From NCBI GenBank assembly GCA_963714275.1, contig CAVQNT010000007.1:157447-221446 (forward strand): 64,000 nt of DNA, in the 5' to 3' direction. Of the stretch, positions 34,163 through 44,379 are shown one piece after another; within the stretch, counting starts at the first letter, position 1, and every line of letters begins with the position of its first letter. The DNA comes from Candidatus Bathyarchaeota archaeon. Its GTDB lineage: Archaea > Thermoproteota > Bathyarchaeia > Bathyarchaeales > DTEX01. The notes below the pieces were generated by a model that saw only the letters and a program-made list of their open reading frames with translations, made no database searches and was not told the DNA's origin. Position numbers and translations under genes: made by a program.

Positions 34163-34870
34163 TTAATTTGAAGGCATAACGGGTTTCAGCGCACGCTTAT
34201 AGTTTTTTCGTTTCATCTGAAACTTTCCGGTTCTTTCAATATATTGAAATGCCAAAATCGAAAACGTAAGCCAGAATACCCCTAGTAGGTATCCTCCTAA
34301 AACATCGCTGAACCAGTGAACGTTAAGGTAAAGTCTATCAAAGCCTATAATAAATTCTATTGCAACAGAAAACGTGCTTGATAACGTTTTCCCATTTGAA
34401 GATTTCGAATGTTGAAATACAAAATAGGCGAGTAAACCAAAAAAAACTACAGAACCTGCGACGTGACCGCTTGGAAAAGAAAATCCTGTTTCTTGCATTA
34501 TTCCGTTTAAGGGTCTTTCTGAATGCACTAACATTTTAAACATTGTAATTATCGCTGCATCCCCACCCATTACTCCTACAAGCAACAACGCATTCTTCTT
34601 GTAGTTTTTGTAAAAAAGGCACGCTGCTATTAACAGAGATGCTGCAAACAAGGGAGTAGTGTCAAAACAATAAGCAACTATCTCAGATATTTGCGTGAGT
34701 GAACTCGTTTGGATTGATGCCGACCAAGAGTTCACGTTCGCATCTATCGAAACAAAGATACTCTTCAACAAAGCCACAAAAAGAAACCCAATCAAAGACA
34801 ATGCAGAAATAAAAAAAGCCACTAATTGACCCCAGGAAAAATCCCTCAAGATGGAATCCCTAGTCTCCAT
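34163..34870 (-). CDS. PAP2 family membrane phosphatase
   Basis: K..V..ERP, SFPSGH, RLYLNVHWFSDV. Confidence 0.9.
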   Translation of the reverse strand: METRDSILRDFSWGQLVAFFISALSLIGFLFVALLKSIFVSIDANVNSWSASIQTSSLTQISEIVAYCFDTTPLFAASLLIAACLFYKNYKKNALLLVGVMGGDAAIITMFKMLVHSERPLNGIMQETGFSFPSGHVAGSVVFFGLLAYFVFQHSKSSNGKTLSSTFSVAIEFIIGFDRLYLNVHWFSDVLGGYLLGVFWLTFSILAFQYIERTGKFQMKRKNYKRALKPVMPSN

Positions 34871-34929
34871 AAAACATCATTCAATCAAACAGATTTAAAT
34901 CTAGATCTTTTCTAAACTTATCTCACATA

Positions 34930-35054
34930 AAAATTTTAATCCCCACACACTTCTTCACTTATACGCTCTTGCTTTCCTTCTCTAATTCACTCACATACAT
35001 ACACTCTCTTTAAAAAAACAAACAAAAAAAACGCACAACGCATAGTTAGCCAGT
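34930..35054 (+). repeat. Core-arm-linker element
   Basis: AAAATTTTA-ATCCCC core, G-poor arm, TAGTTAGCCAGT linker. Confidence 0.65.
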
Positions 35055-35164
35055 CGATCAATACGGAAAAAGTCATGTTCCTCAACAGTTTTCTCATCAA
35101 ATTCTTTTGGAATTCCTTATCAGTTCGAGTGGACACATGTGAGAATACCTTGGTATTGAAGAGA

Positions 35165-36330
35165 TCAGACGGACTCGTTTTCCCAAATATAGAAGTTCAC
35201 GGGTAAGAGTGACTCGAGAAATTGTGCATCAGGAGGCAAGCTGAACTCGGAACTAGGTGTGCCAGGACCAAAGATGAGACGTACAATCTGGCGATTGGAC
35301 AATGTCAATGGTCTTGGAAAGTCGGACGCCTTCCTAACCGTGACCCCCTCGGACGAGAACCCGATCTCAACTCGCTGTTCAGTCCCTTCGATCGCAAGGG
35401 CAATAGTACGGCTACCTTGGAACCCCAAGTCGCGATACCTTTGACCTAACTGATACGCGAAGCCTCGCAATGTCGCCTCAAGATCGATTATTTTGATCAT
35501 TCGTTGGCAAGTTACATGCCACCATGCGCTTATAGAGAAGAACGTGGCGTTCAGCGGATGTGACCACGGCGAGTTAACGTGCAGCACCTCGCTTCCAAGA
35601 TTTTCAATTAAGTGCACGAGGATAGCGCGTATTCCTTCAGCAACTCCTCCGAACTCAACAACCTCCTGCTCCCTTTCGCGCGGATCAGCTACTACGTACG
35701 CATCTATTCCTTCATCACTTCGTGCCAGCCAGACCTGCTTTCCCTTACGCCCCAAGAGCATCTCGTAAAGTTTACGGGTGCGCTTAATCCCCATCGCTTC
35801 CCCATCATGTATAGCGATTATCGCATCGATCTCCTCCGAAGATGCACCATACGGGCTAACCTTATGGCTTGTCGAGGTGCCCACGACGCTGAGGGAATAG
35901 TGTGATATGTCAAAGTGCCATTGGTGGCCTGCGTTTTCCCAGCCGAAGCGCCCGTAGCGTTGCCTGTCGCCCCCTAGGTCAGAAAAGGCGTAGCCCTTCT
36001 CTTGCATCAGTGATATGCAATAGTTTAACAGCTGCGTCATGAGCCCAAGACCTCGGTATGATGGCCAAGTGGACACGACGGTGATACCCGCAACTTTCAA
36101 ATTGCCTCCCTCTACTAGCAACGTTTGATCAACATACTCTACGAGACTTACGACCTTAGGACCATCCTTCATAATAAGACAGTTTTTGATCTTCTCAGCC
36201 TGTGGGAAAAAGCAGTGCGGCCAACATGCCTCCACTGTCTCTATCGCTGAGAAAACATTCATCAGCTAACTTCACGATCGAATCAAAATCGTCCAGAGAA
36301 GCTCGAAACGGCCCTTCGATCATTTTTCAT
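35165..36330 (-). CDS. Eis-like GNAT acetyltransferase (5' frameshift)
   Basis: VSTWPSYRGLGLMTQLL, YGRFGWE, C-terminal SCP2-like region. Confidence 0.78.
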
Positions 36331-36616
36331 AGCCTCGCAAGATATTGGATATCTTAATCCATATTAGAGTTAACAAGTTGAACCATCTTTTGGACTTAAA
36401 CTAACTTATGATAACACAAGGTAACAAATGTGTGTGGGCTAGCTGACCTACAGGTCATGAGTTCGTCGTCGTGGTTGCGTCGTAGTCGTCGTCTCGTCGT
36501 CAGCGTTTAACTAGCTTCCTGAAGAAGAAAAAAATGCGCATGTGCAACATATATTGATTTGAAGCGCACTCTGGAAAGATAGAGATTATATCGCATTTTA
36601 AGAATTTTGACTGTTT

Positions 36617-37399
36617 TCAAATTTGAAGTCTATGTGACAAAAAAGCACCAGGAGATGCTAGATTAAGTTCACTACTCGTAAAAGGTAAAACGCATCCTGT
36701 AATGAATCTGCCTGCTTCCGAGCACAGGAAAGCGACACTTTCAGCGATGTCTTGGGGGGAAGTAGTAATCCTTTTCTGCCAAGCAGTTCCATGGTTACAC
36801 TGCTCAATGGCTTCCTCCAGACTTTTTATCGCAGGTACCGGACTAGGCGCGATAATGTTAGTAGTCACGCCATATGACCATGCTTGAACCTGTGCAAGAA
36901 GCAATGCTTGCGCTCTGGCTGCCTTGCCCACATTATAGGAGTAAGCAGGCGGTAGTTTCGTTGGATGCAGAGCTATGCCAATAAGCCTTCCCCACTTTCG
37001 TTTATATATATCTGGCAAAACAAGTGGCATCAAGTAGAAAAGTGGCGCAATCTCATGGTGAACATCCTCAAGTGTAGCAGTCGGATCAAGTTTATCAATT
37101 GGTTGTGGATGCCAGCCACCGCCAGGACCAACCATACAAATGTCAACCTGATTGAAGCGTTCGACAGCCATATCAACTAGCTTCTTACACCCATCGGCTT
37201 CGAAAACATTAGCTTGTACGGCAATTGCACTACCACCACGACTCTCAATGTAGTCAACGATCGCTTTGGCGCTCTCTTTACTCGTGCGATAATTTACAAC
37301 AACCTTTGCACCTTCACGAGCCAGAGTCAGTACGGTGCTACGACCCATACCACTACCTGCGGCTCCTGTTACAATCGCAACCTTACCTTCACAAATCAT
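36617..37399 (-). CDS. SDR family oxidoreductase
   Basis: VAIVTGAAGSGMGR, YNVGK, PQDIAESVAFLCS. Confidence 0.88.
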   Translation of the reverse strand: MICEGKVAIVTGAAGSGMGRSTVLTLAREGAKVVVNYRTSKESAKAIVDYIESRGGSAIAVQANVFEADGCKKLVDMAVERFNQVDICMVGPGGGWHPQPIDKLDPTATLEDVHHEIAPLFYLMPLVLPDIYKRKWGRLIGIALHPTKLPPAYSYNVGKAARAQALLLAQVQAWSYGVTTNIIAPSPVPAIKSLEEAIEQCNHGTAWQKRITTSPQDIAESVAFLCSEAGRFITGCVLPFTSSELNLASPGAFLSHRLQI

Positions 37400-37599
37400 G
37401 CTTAAACTATCCTATACTTTGTGTTAATTCTTCTCGCCAATATTGTAATTTACCTTTTTAATGATCCATCGTTCAATCCCGCATAAGAATATAGAATTAA
37501 ATGTTTTTTTGTTTTTCTATAAATAGAAGAACGATCTCGCTAGCTAGCTTTCTCGGCTAGCGAGCAAAGAAAACGCACAAGCAAAGTCAAAGATGAACC

Positions 37600-37737
37600 T
37601 TATTCAGGATTTATCCCGCGTTGGAGGAGAAGGTGTTTTTCTAGAATTAATTGTACGTAGTCTGATCGTGATCTGCGAGCCTTTCTGCTTTCTTCATCCA
37701 GCGTTTTTATGAGTTCTTTTATGAGGGCTACAGTGAT
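37600..37737 (-). pseudogene. 5'-truncated ribbon-helix-helix protein fragment
   Basis: ITVALIKELIKTLDEESRKARRSRSDYVQLILEKHL; no start codon, with an in-frame TGA in the linker two codons upstream. Confidence 0.6.
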
Positions 37738-37780
37738 TAGTCAGCTTGCTCGAGGTAGCGGAGATGACGATACTTAGTAA

Positions 37781-38110
37781 TTATGGACGATTTGGAAAAT
37801 AATAAGGTAATGTGTCATACGATGAAGGTTCTGTTCCTTTATCCCTAACCCTTCGCTCTTTTTTATGTTTACGTTTGGCAACTCTGATGACCTCTCCTTC
37901 TTCAATTACCCTGTAAGCCTCTGATAAACCCCTTTGATGCAGAAACCTTTTAACAAATGCTTTTACACTCTTTGTCAACAATTTTTCTTCTCCTACATCC
38001 AAAACTAAAGATTCACCCTTAACAGCAATTGAAACTCGAATTCTTGACTCAAGAAAGTCAGAAAGATAATCCCGTTCTTCTTTCATTTCACTCACGTCAA
38101 CTGTTATCAA
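37781..38110 (-). CDS. Ribosomal protein eL22-like protein
   Basis: LSDFLESRIRV and KAFVKRFLHQRGLSEAYRV resemble eL22 FLQERIKV and KYLTKKYLKKNNLRDWLRV. Confidence 0.6.
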   Translation of the reverse strand: MITVDVSEMKEERDYLSDFLESRIRVSIAVKGESLVLDVGEEKLLTKSVKAFVKRFLHQRGLSEAYRVIEEGEVIRVAKRKHKKERRVRDKGTEPSSYDTLPYYFPNRP

Positions 38111-38267
38111 TGCTAATCTATTCCATAATAATTGAAATCTAAATATGCAAATATTTGCCTTTTTGAAAAAACCGTAAAGTGGAAGTCAGCTAGAAAAGAT
38201 TCATTCCTACTTCTACAGATATTTATAGCAAGCACCTTCGAGAATGACAACTGCATAGCTCAGCTAG

Positions 38268-38345
38268 CATCATCCATGTCGGTAATCCCTGTTCTTCTTC
38301 AACAACGACTGTGAGAGTATCAGTTGCAGTATTCCCGGCTGCGTC
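38268..38345 (-). pseudogene. 26-codon internal fragment of a PKD/Ig-domain surface protein
   Basis: DAAGNTATDTLTVVVEEEQGLPTWMM, bounded on both sides by linkers. Confidence 0.6.
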
Positions 38346-38357
38346 TTAGCTCGCTGA

Positions 38358-38523
38358 CTTTTTCCTTCTTTTTAGGATGCCTTCGATGCGTCTTTCGGGA
38401 TTCTCTATTACTTCGCTTATACGTCATTTAATTCACTTTTTTGTTTTAGTTTTTCGTTACGAAAACATAGACACTTCTTATTTTTATACTTTTCAATTTC
38501 TTTTTGAACGTTTTTTCTTCTTA
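38358..38523 (-). repeat. 166-bp repeat, copy 2 (inverted)
   Basis: Reverse complement of 30950-31115. Confidence 0.92.
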
Positions 38524-38555
38524 ATAAAATTTTTATGAGATGTATTTATTCAATC

Positions 38556-39740
38556 TTATTTTTTCTTCATGAATTGGAGGTTCTTTGCAATCAATTTGTT
38601 CAATGTAGCCACTGAGGTATGTGTCCTGTAACCATCGGCAGGTGTATTAAGGCAATAGTCGACCAGTTTTTCAACCGTTGTTGTAGCGACATGCATCCTA
38701 GTATCGGAGGAAGCATAGTAAATATATACTTCGCCATTATCCTTTTTAATCCAACCATTAGTAAACAAAACATTTGATACGTCCCCTACCCTTTCTTCTC
38801 CATCGGGAGCCATAAAATAGCCGCCCGGAGTAGCAATTACTTTCCAAGGCTCTTTCAGATCGGTCATGAACATATAAAGCACGTATCGCAAGCCTGCAAC
38901 GCAACCACGAACTCCATGGGCAAGATGCAGCCATCCTTTATCTGTTTTAATGGGTGCAGGGCCCTGGCCGTTTTTCACTTCTTTAACGGTATGATAAACA
39001 CGAGGCTCAATGATAAGTTCGTCCCTAACTTCGGCATTTTCCATGCTGTCAATTAAAGCCCAGCCAATGCCACCGCCCGAACCGGCATCGATAAAGCTGT
39101 CCTGTGGACGGGTGTACAACGCATATTTGCCGTCAATAAATTCTGGATGTAGTACCACGTTACGTTGTTGGCTCCTGGTTTTCAGGTCTGGCAAGCGTTC
39201 CCATAGCACAAGGTCTTTTGTACGAACAATGCCCGCTTTTGCTACAGCAGACGACAGGTCACCTGCAGGTGCATCGGGGTCTTTACGCTCCGAACAAAAA
39301 ATTCCGTAAATCCAGCCATCTTTATGCTGTGTAAGACGCATGTCATAAACGTTGGTTTCGTCTTTGTCGATATTGGGAAGTGCAATGGGATAATCCCAGA
39401 AACGCCATTGTTCAATGCCATTTGGGCTTTCTGCCACGGCAAAAAACGATTTGCGGTCCCAGCCTTCAACACGTACTATCATTAAATAACGTTTGTTAAA
39501 CAGAATAACTCCGGAATTGAATGCAGCATTGATACCAATGCGTTGCATTAAGTTGGGATTGGTATTGTAGTCGAGATCATAACGCCAAAATACCGGGGCA
39601 TGTTCAGCCGTAAAAATAGGATATTTATAGCGATCGTAAATGCCGTTACCATTTTCACATTTTTCATTTCGTCGCATTATAAGTCTTTCATGACGTTTAA
39701 ACAACTTCTTTACCTGGTTATCGAAATCATTTTTATTCAT
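38556..39740 (-). CDS. GH130 4-O-beta-D-mannosyl-D-glucose phosphorylase-like protein
   Basis: [61 protein letters not shown]. Confidence 0.9.
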   Translation of the reverse strand: MNKNDFDNQVKKLFKRHERLIMRRNEKCENGNGIYDRYKYPIFTAEHAPVFWRYDLDYNTNPNLMQRIGINAAFNSGVILFNKRYLMIVRVEGWDRKSFFAVAESPNGIEQWRFWDYPIALPNIDKDETNVYDMRLTQHKDGWIYGIFCSERKDPDAPAGDLSSAVAKAGIVRTKDLVLWERLPDLKTRSQQRNVVLHPEFIDGKYALYTRPQDSFIDAGSGGGIGWALIDSMENAEVRDELIIEPRVYHTVKEVKNGQGPAPIKTDKGWLHLAHGVRGCVAGLRYVLYMFMTDLKEPWKVIATPGGYFMAPDGEERVGDVSNVLFTNGWIKKDNGEVYIYYASSDTRMHVATTTVEKLVDYCLNTPADGYRTHTSVATLNKLIAKNLQFMKKK

Positions 39741-39907
39741 TGGCTTTCTGTTGTTAATTTTTGAATTTATTAATATAAAACTATTTGAAGATTTTTTGAT
39801 ATTAGTTTACCCAAAAATACCAGTTTGTATTGGGATAGGGAATGTTAAAATATATCGGTTTTTAATACGAATTTTTAAATGCTTGCACATATGTTTTAGG
39901 TTTGAAT

Positions 39908-39955
39908 GCTAGCTAGCATGGGTTTGGGGACTAAAATTTAAGCTGAGCTAACTAA
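39908..39955. repeat. Minimal linker-core-linker element
   Basis: GCTAGCTAGC-ATGGGTTTGGGGAC-TAAAATTTA-AGCTGAGCTAACTAA. Confidence 0.75.
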
Positions 39956-40052
39956 AAGCTAAAAAGGAGAGATGCGGTTCCCCCAGCTTTTTCTTTATTC
40001 TTCCACGTTCAGCCTTAGCGCTGTTAATGCGAAAAGGAACATTGCTATTAGT

Positions 40053-40868
40053 TTAGGTTGACGGATTGGTTTGGGGTACTAGTTTTATTTGGTAGAGGTT
40101 TGGCCAGTCTTTGCCTGTTACGTAGAGTCTGTCATTTTCGGCGTCGTATGCAATTCCGTTCAGGACAGCTTCAGAGTTCAAAGTGGTTGCGTTTTGTAGT
40201 CCTGTGAGGTCTATCCACGCTTTGACTTGTCCTATTTCTGGATTGATTACTGCGATTGTATGCGTTTCCCAGATGTTGGCGTAAACGTCGCCGTTGATGT
40301 ACTCTACTCGTTAATGTTTACTACGGATGTGTTGCCGTCGTGCACTTGGATTTGCCCTGTCCGCTGAAACGTGGTTGGGTCAAGGAAGTATAAGTTGTCT
40401 GAGCCGTCACTCATGATTAGCTGTTTGTCGTCGAAGGTCAAGCCCCAACCCTCCGTTGGATAAGTAAAATTTCCCAGCAAAGTAAAAGTGGTTTTGTCGT
40501 AGACGAAGCCTATATGTGACTGCCATGTTAGACTGGATGATGGTGTTGTTTACGATGGTTATGCCTTCGCCGAAATACTGGCTTGGAAGCGCAACCTCCT
40601 GCAAGACATTACCTGTTGTCAAGTTCACACGACGTAAAGATGAACTGCCATAAAGTCCTGTGCTCTCATACAGAAAACCATCTGAGTACACGAGTCCCTC
40701 CGTGAAGGCATTTGTGTCATGCGGATACGTGTTGACGACAGTGTAGGTGTAGTGTATCACGGTGGAGTTTGCTGTAGGTTTATCACTGTTCAAGAAAACC
40801 AGTATTGAGGCACCCAGAACAAGCATGACTACTATGAGCAACGTGGCTACGACAAACGGCTTCTTCAT
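40053..40868 (-). CDS. Glutaminyl-peptide cyclotransferase (type I), frameshifted
   Basis: YPHDTNAFTEGL, LYESTGLYGSS, FGEGIT; downstream frames give EGWGLT, VLNGIAYD, VTGKDWP. Confidence 0.88.
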
Positions 40869-40943
40869 TGCCCTTTAGGTAGCAAATTCTCATTAATAGG
40901 CAAAACGGCTAAATCCGCCATTTTTTTTCTTCTGCAAAGCTGA

Positions 40944-41492
40944 CTATTTTGCTTTTTCTCTATCTTCTGTTGATCGCTTTTGGCAGTAATATCTGAATAA
41001 ATTGTATCTCTGCAGGCGTGGCCAGCCAGTCTTTGCATAAATTAGTTTTTCTGGATTTTTCTTCAACCAGTTCATCATATGGAAGAAGCTCTTTGCCTTT
41101 TTCTCATCTCTCTCTTTTACTGGCTCATAACCCAAGTTTCTGATTTCGTCAAGGTATGCTATCTCTATCAACCTTTGCGGCTCCCCAGTGACTGTGATTC
41201 TTTCAATTTGACTGCTGCCATACATCTCTCTTAAACGATCTACTGCTTCGTCGAAGATGTAGCCTTTGCAGATTTGAATTTGTTCGTCTTTCTTGATTTG
41301 GAGTTTACCCAGCAGTTGAAACACGATATTCGAAGCTTGCTTCAGATACTCTTTTGATTGAAATCGTGGATATCTGAAGTATTTAACATCCAAGATATCG
41401 TATCTAAATTCCTGAGTCTCGCAGCGAAAGGCGCCTATGACCAAGCCAAAAAGTAGGTCGCCTATGCCTGCATCGTCAACAATTATTGTCAT
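40944..41492 (-). CDS. RNase H-fold protein (RNase HII-like N-terminal motif)
   Basis: IIVDDAGIGDLLFGLVIG resembles the RNase HII DEAGRG motif; KTGW at the C-terminus. Confidence 0.5.
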   Translation of the reverse strand: MTIIVDDAGIGDLLFGLVIGAFRCETQEFRYDILDVKYFRYPRFQSKEYLKQASNIVFQLLGKLQIKKDEQIQICKGYIFDEAVDRLREMYGSSQIERITVTGEPQRLIEIAYLDEIRNLGYEPVKERDEKKAKSFFHMMNWLKKNPEKLIYAKTGWPRLQRYNLFRYYCQKRSTEDREKAK

Positions 41493-41895
41493 CTAACCCA
41501 TCCTCTTGTGTAAGAGATAAATGAACCATACGCACGTTTATGAAAACGCGCCATATGTGCCTTATATTGTTTGTTTCTTGGATTTTGTCACTCAAAACGA
41601 TGCGAAAGAACTTACGGTCACCCACCATGTGCCCTACAGCAGGTCCACCGACTACAAACTAGTCAGTAGCCAGCTATATATTTAGCGCTTAAACATTTAA
41701 ACACTTTAACCAATACAATTATAAGCAAGTAAGCATATAATACTTTACGTAGATAAGCAAGTTTAAGGTGGACAGAAATGATAACAAAACAAATAGCAAA
41801 AGTAGCACTTTACGGCAAAAGACAGTTTGCATATTGGAAGAACGCCTAGCATGTGCGAATCGTGCATTAAAAACTAACATTGGTTGGTAATTGAA

Positions 41896-42039
41896 TTGGG
41901 TCGAATTAGCGTGGATCTGCCAGATGAACTGGAGAAGAAGCTCAGGTTTAAGACCATCGAGCGATTTGGCGGGAAAAAAGGCGACTTATCCAAAGCCGTT
42001 GAAGAAGCCATAAAAACATGGGTCGCCAAAGAAAAATAG
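41896..42039 (+). CDS. Small ribbon-helix-helix protein
   Basis: Manual translation MGRISVDLPDELEKKLRFKTIERFGGKKGDLSKAVEEAIKTWVAKEK. Confidence 0.8.
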   Translation: MGRISVDLPDELEKKLRFKTIERFGGKKGDLSKAVEEAIKTWVAKEK

Positions 42040-42185
42040 ATGCGTGAACTTAATCATCCTCCCCGCCCCTTTTTAGTGCAGACTTCATTAAACATATTTT
42101 TTCACTTTTTCATTCTTCGATTCCTTTGCAACAAGTTGCAAGTTTTATATTCGTTTGTTATCAGATCACTATTAGGGAGTGAAAT

Positions 42186-42480
42186 ATGACTCATTATGTA
42201 ATACTTGGAAAATGGACACAACAAGGTATCAAAACCATTAAATTGACGCGCTTTCTAACAAGAGTAGAAGACACGCATAAAGCGAAAGAGTATAGAGGCG
42301 GAAAAATGGCGCTCTTTTACGCATGTCGGTGAATATGATTTCATCGTATTCGTCAAAATACCAAATGACGAAGCGATGATGAAAAGCCTCCTTTGACTCG
42401 ATAGCTGAGGAAACGTTCGCACTAAGACATTGAAAGCGTGGACAGAACTCGAGGGAGCCAAGGTTATTCATGAACTAACG
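42186..42480 (+). pseudogene. GYD-domain protein, disrupted
   Basis: MTHYVILGKWTQQGIKTI...GEYDFIV...GNVRTKTLKAW with indels and stops. Confidence 0.7.
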
Positions 42481-42548
42481 AACGATTGGGATGGGCGATA
42501 TTGGCAAACAGAAGATACTCAAAAATCAATGTAGCATCTTCATTACTG

Positions 42549-42938
42549 TCAAAAACTAAATAGTGAACGATTATAGCCGTCTTTTAAAATAGCCTTTCTG
42601 TCGCCTAGATTTTCAAAAAGGTGATGATTACAAAATACGTATACTTCTGGGCTTAATATAAGGAGTATCAGTATTTCTTCTAGATTTTCTAATTTGGTGA
42701 CGCCAATTCGGACAATAGTGTTATCAAACTCAAGATAGTTGTTGCTTAAGGCCCTTAATTCCTCAAGATGGCTATCATCTTCGAAAGGGAACTCTAATAC
42801 AGCATAAATTCCTTTGCCAATCTCATATCCTATAACTAAATTAATCAGTGGAAGATAGTGTTCAGGTTTCAAGTTTGGGACTTCTTTTAGAACATCTGCC
42901 TTGGACACATCAAGTTTCTGAAATATGACGTCTTTCAA
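42549..42938 (-). CDS. Hypothetical protein or fragment
   Basis: 129-aa ORF. Confidence 0.35.
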   Translation of the reverse strand: MKDVIFQKLDVSKADVLKEVPNLKPEHYLPLINLVIGYEIGKGIYAVLEFPFEDDSHLEELRALSNNYLEFDNTIVRIGVTKLENLEEILILLILSPEVYVFCNHHLFENLGDRKAILKDGYNRSLFSF

Positions 42939-43916
42939 ACGAGCGATTTCAGCAGTAACCTCCTTTTCACAACGTTTAGCGCCGATAATTCAGATTTTTT
43001 GGTTCTCTAGTCACTCATTACGGTGTGTGCTTTATATACTGGGCAATTTCTAGGTTCAATCTTTGATTTGTAAGATTAACAATTTTACTGTAAGCTAATG
43101 ATCTCTTCAAGGTGATACATATGGATGATCCATCAACTCAATTTGAGGTACGTCTTGCGAGAAAATTCGTTTACGCGGACCCTGACAAGTGCGAAGGGCC
43201 GTTGTGTTTGCGAATACATCTGCTCGTTCAATAAGGCGAATACATCGAACAAGATAAATCATCACCTCACTTCGATAGACTTATATTAAACGAAATGTCA
43301 TAAGTATTGTCAACAAGGAGCAAAAAAGATGAGCAAAAAGGAAACCGAAGTCCAAAAAGTGGGTGTCACTATAAACGCAGAAAATAGATGCGTTTTTGCC
43401 AGCTGGTTTTCCCTCCTGATGAACAGTTCTGGAGAAGGTTATCCTCTTATACCTCGCCCTTAGATGGGGAATGGGAACGGAATTTAAAACTATAAAGAGG
43501 GCAAAATGGGAAAATATGCGCATGTGGTAAATGGGTTCAGCTATATCGCTAAAATAGCCCGTCGATAATGGCTAGAACATAGTATTTCATGCAAGAAGTA
43601 AATAGTACAATGTTTACTATGATAAAAATTCTTACGAATAGATTATGGAAAAATAGATGCGTTTTTAGCCAGTGCACTGTCTCATGATAAAAATGAACTA
43701 GTTCTGGGAGAAGGTATTGATCACTGCTGTAATAAGCCTCGCCAACTTAAAAAGAAAGTCGAAGCCCCTTAAGGATTTGAACATAAGAACAATAAATTAG
43801 TGAAAGTTAGGTGAAAGACCCGATAAAAAAGTTTTGGAATATAAAGACATCAAGTTTAAAGCCACAATCTCGCTGACTTAGTTTTTTCCCGTCTTACTGA
43901 GTTAGTTAGCTATAAA

Positions 43917-44234
43917 CTATTCTTTTCTAATAACGGAGATGGTGCATCTTGTCGCTAATGCTGCTATTGCGCCCAAGGCTGCCAGCCAAGGAGCCAATAA
44001 TGTTCCTACAATACCTGCCCAAGCTGGTATCTCTAAGAGGGTCTTACCATTCTCGTCCTTCACGAGGATTCTTGCTATGTCCCCCTCATGAAGTAGATCC
44101 TTGATTTTCGCAACAAGCTCCTCTGAGCGGACTGTAAACTCCTCTTTTACAGCTTTACCTACATGAGCTCCACATTTTGAACAAAAATTGGTTCCTTCAG
44201 ACAGGTCGGTTCCGCAACTTTCACACTTAACCAT
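43917..44234 (-). CDS. Zinc-ribbon plus DUF4342 protein
   Basis: CESCG...FCSKCG, KIKDLLHEGDIARI, LLEIP. Confidence 0.85.
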   Translation of the reverse strand: MVKCESCGTDLSEGTNFCSKCGAHVGKAVKEEFTVRSEELVAKIKDLLHEGDIARILVKDENGKTLLEIPAWAGIVGTLLAPWLAALGAIAALATRCTISVIRKE

Positions 44235-44379
44235 TTTGTTCTCCTCTTAAAGTATCTCGTTCCTTATCTGAATGTTAATTGTAACGTCTCATTATATGTA
44301 TTTTACTATTTTTTGGAGTAATTGAGTTTCTGTTAAACAAAAAAGGGAGTTGGAAATCTCCAAGTCGGCTTGGTGATTT

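Noticed and set aside
36462-36502. GTC-rich tract as a functional microsatellite
   Set aside because: Short, imperfect and not in a gene or promoter; treated only as one of the inter-linker spacers.
30950-38523. Composite IS transposon
   Set aside because: No transposase between or within the repeats, and no target-site duplication seen.
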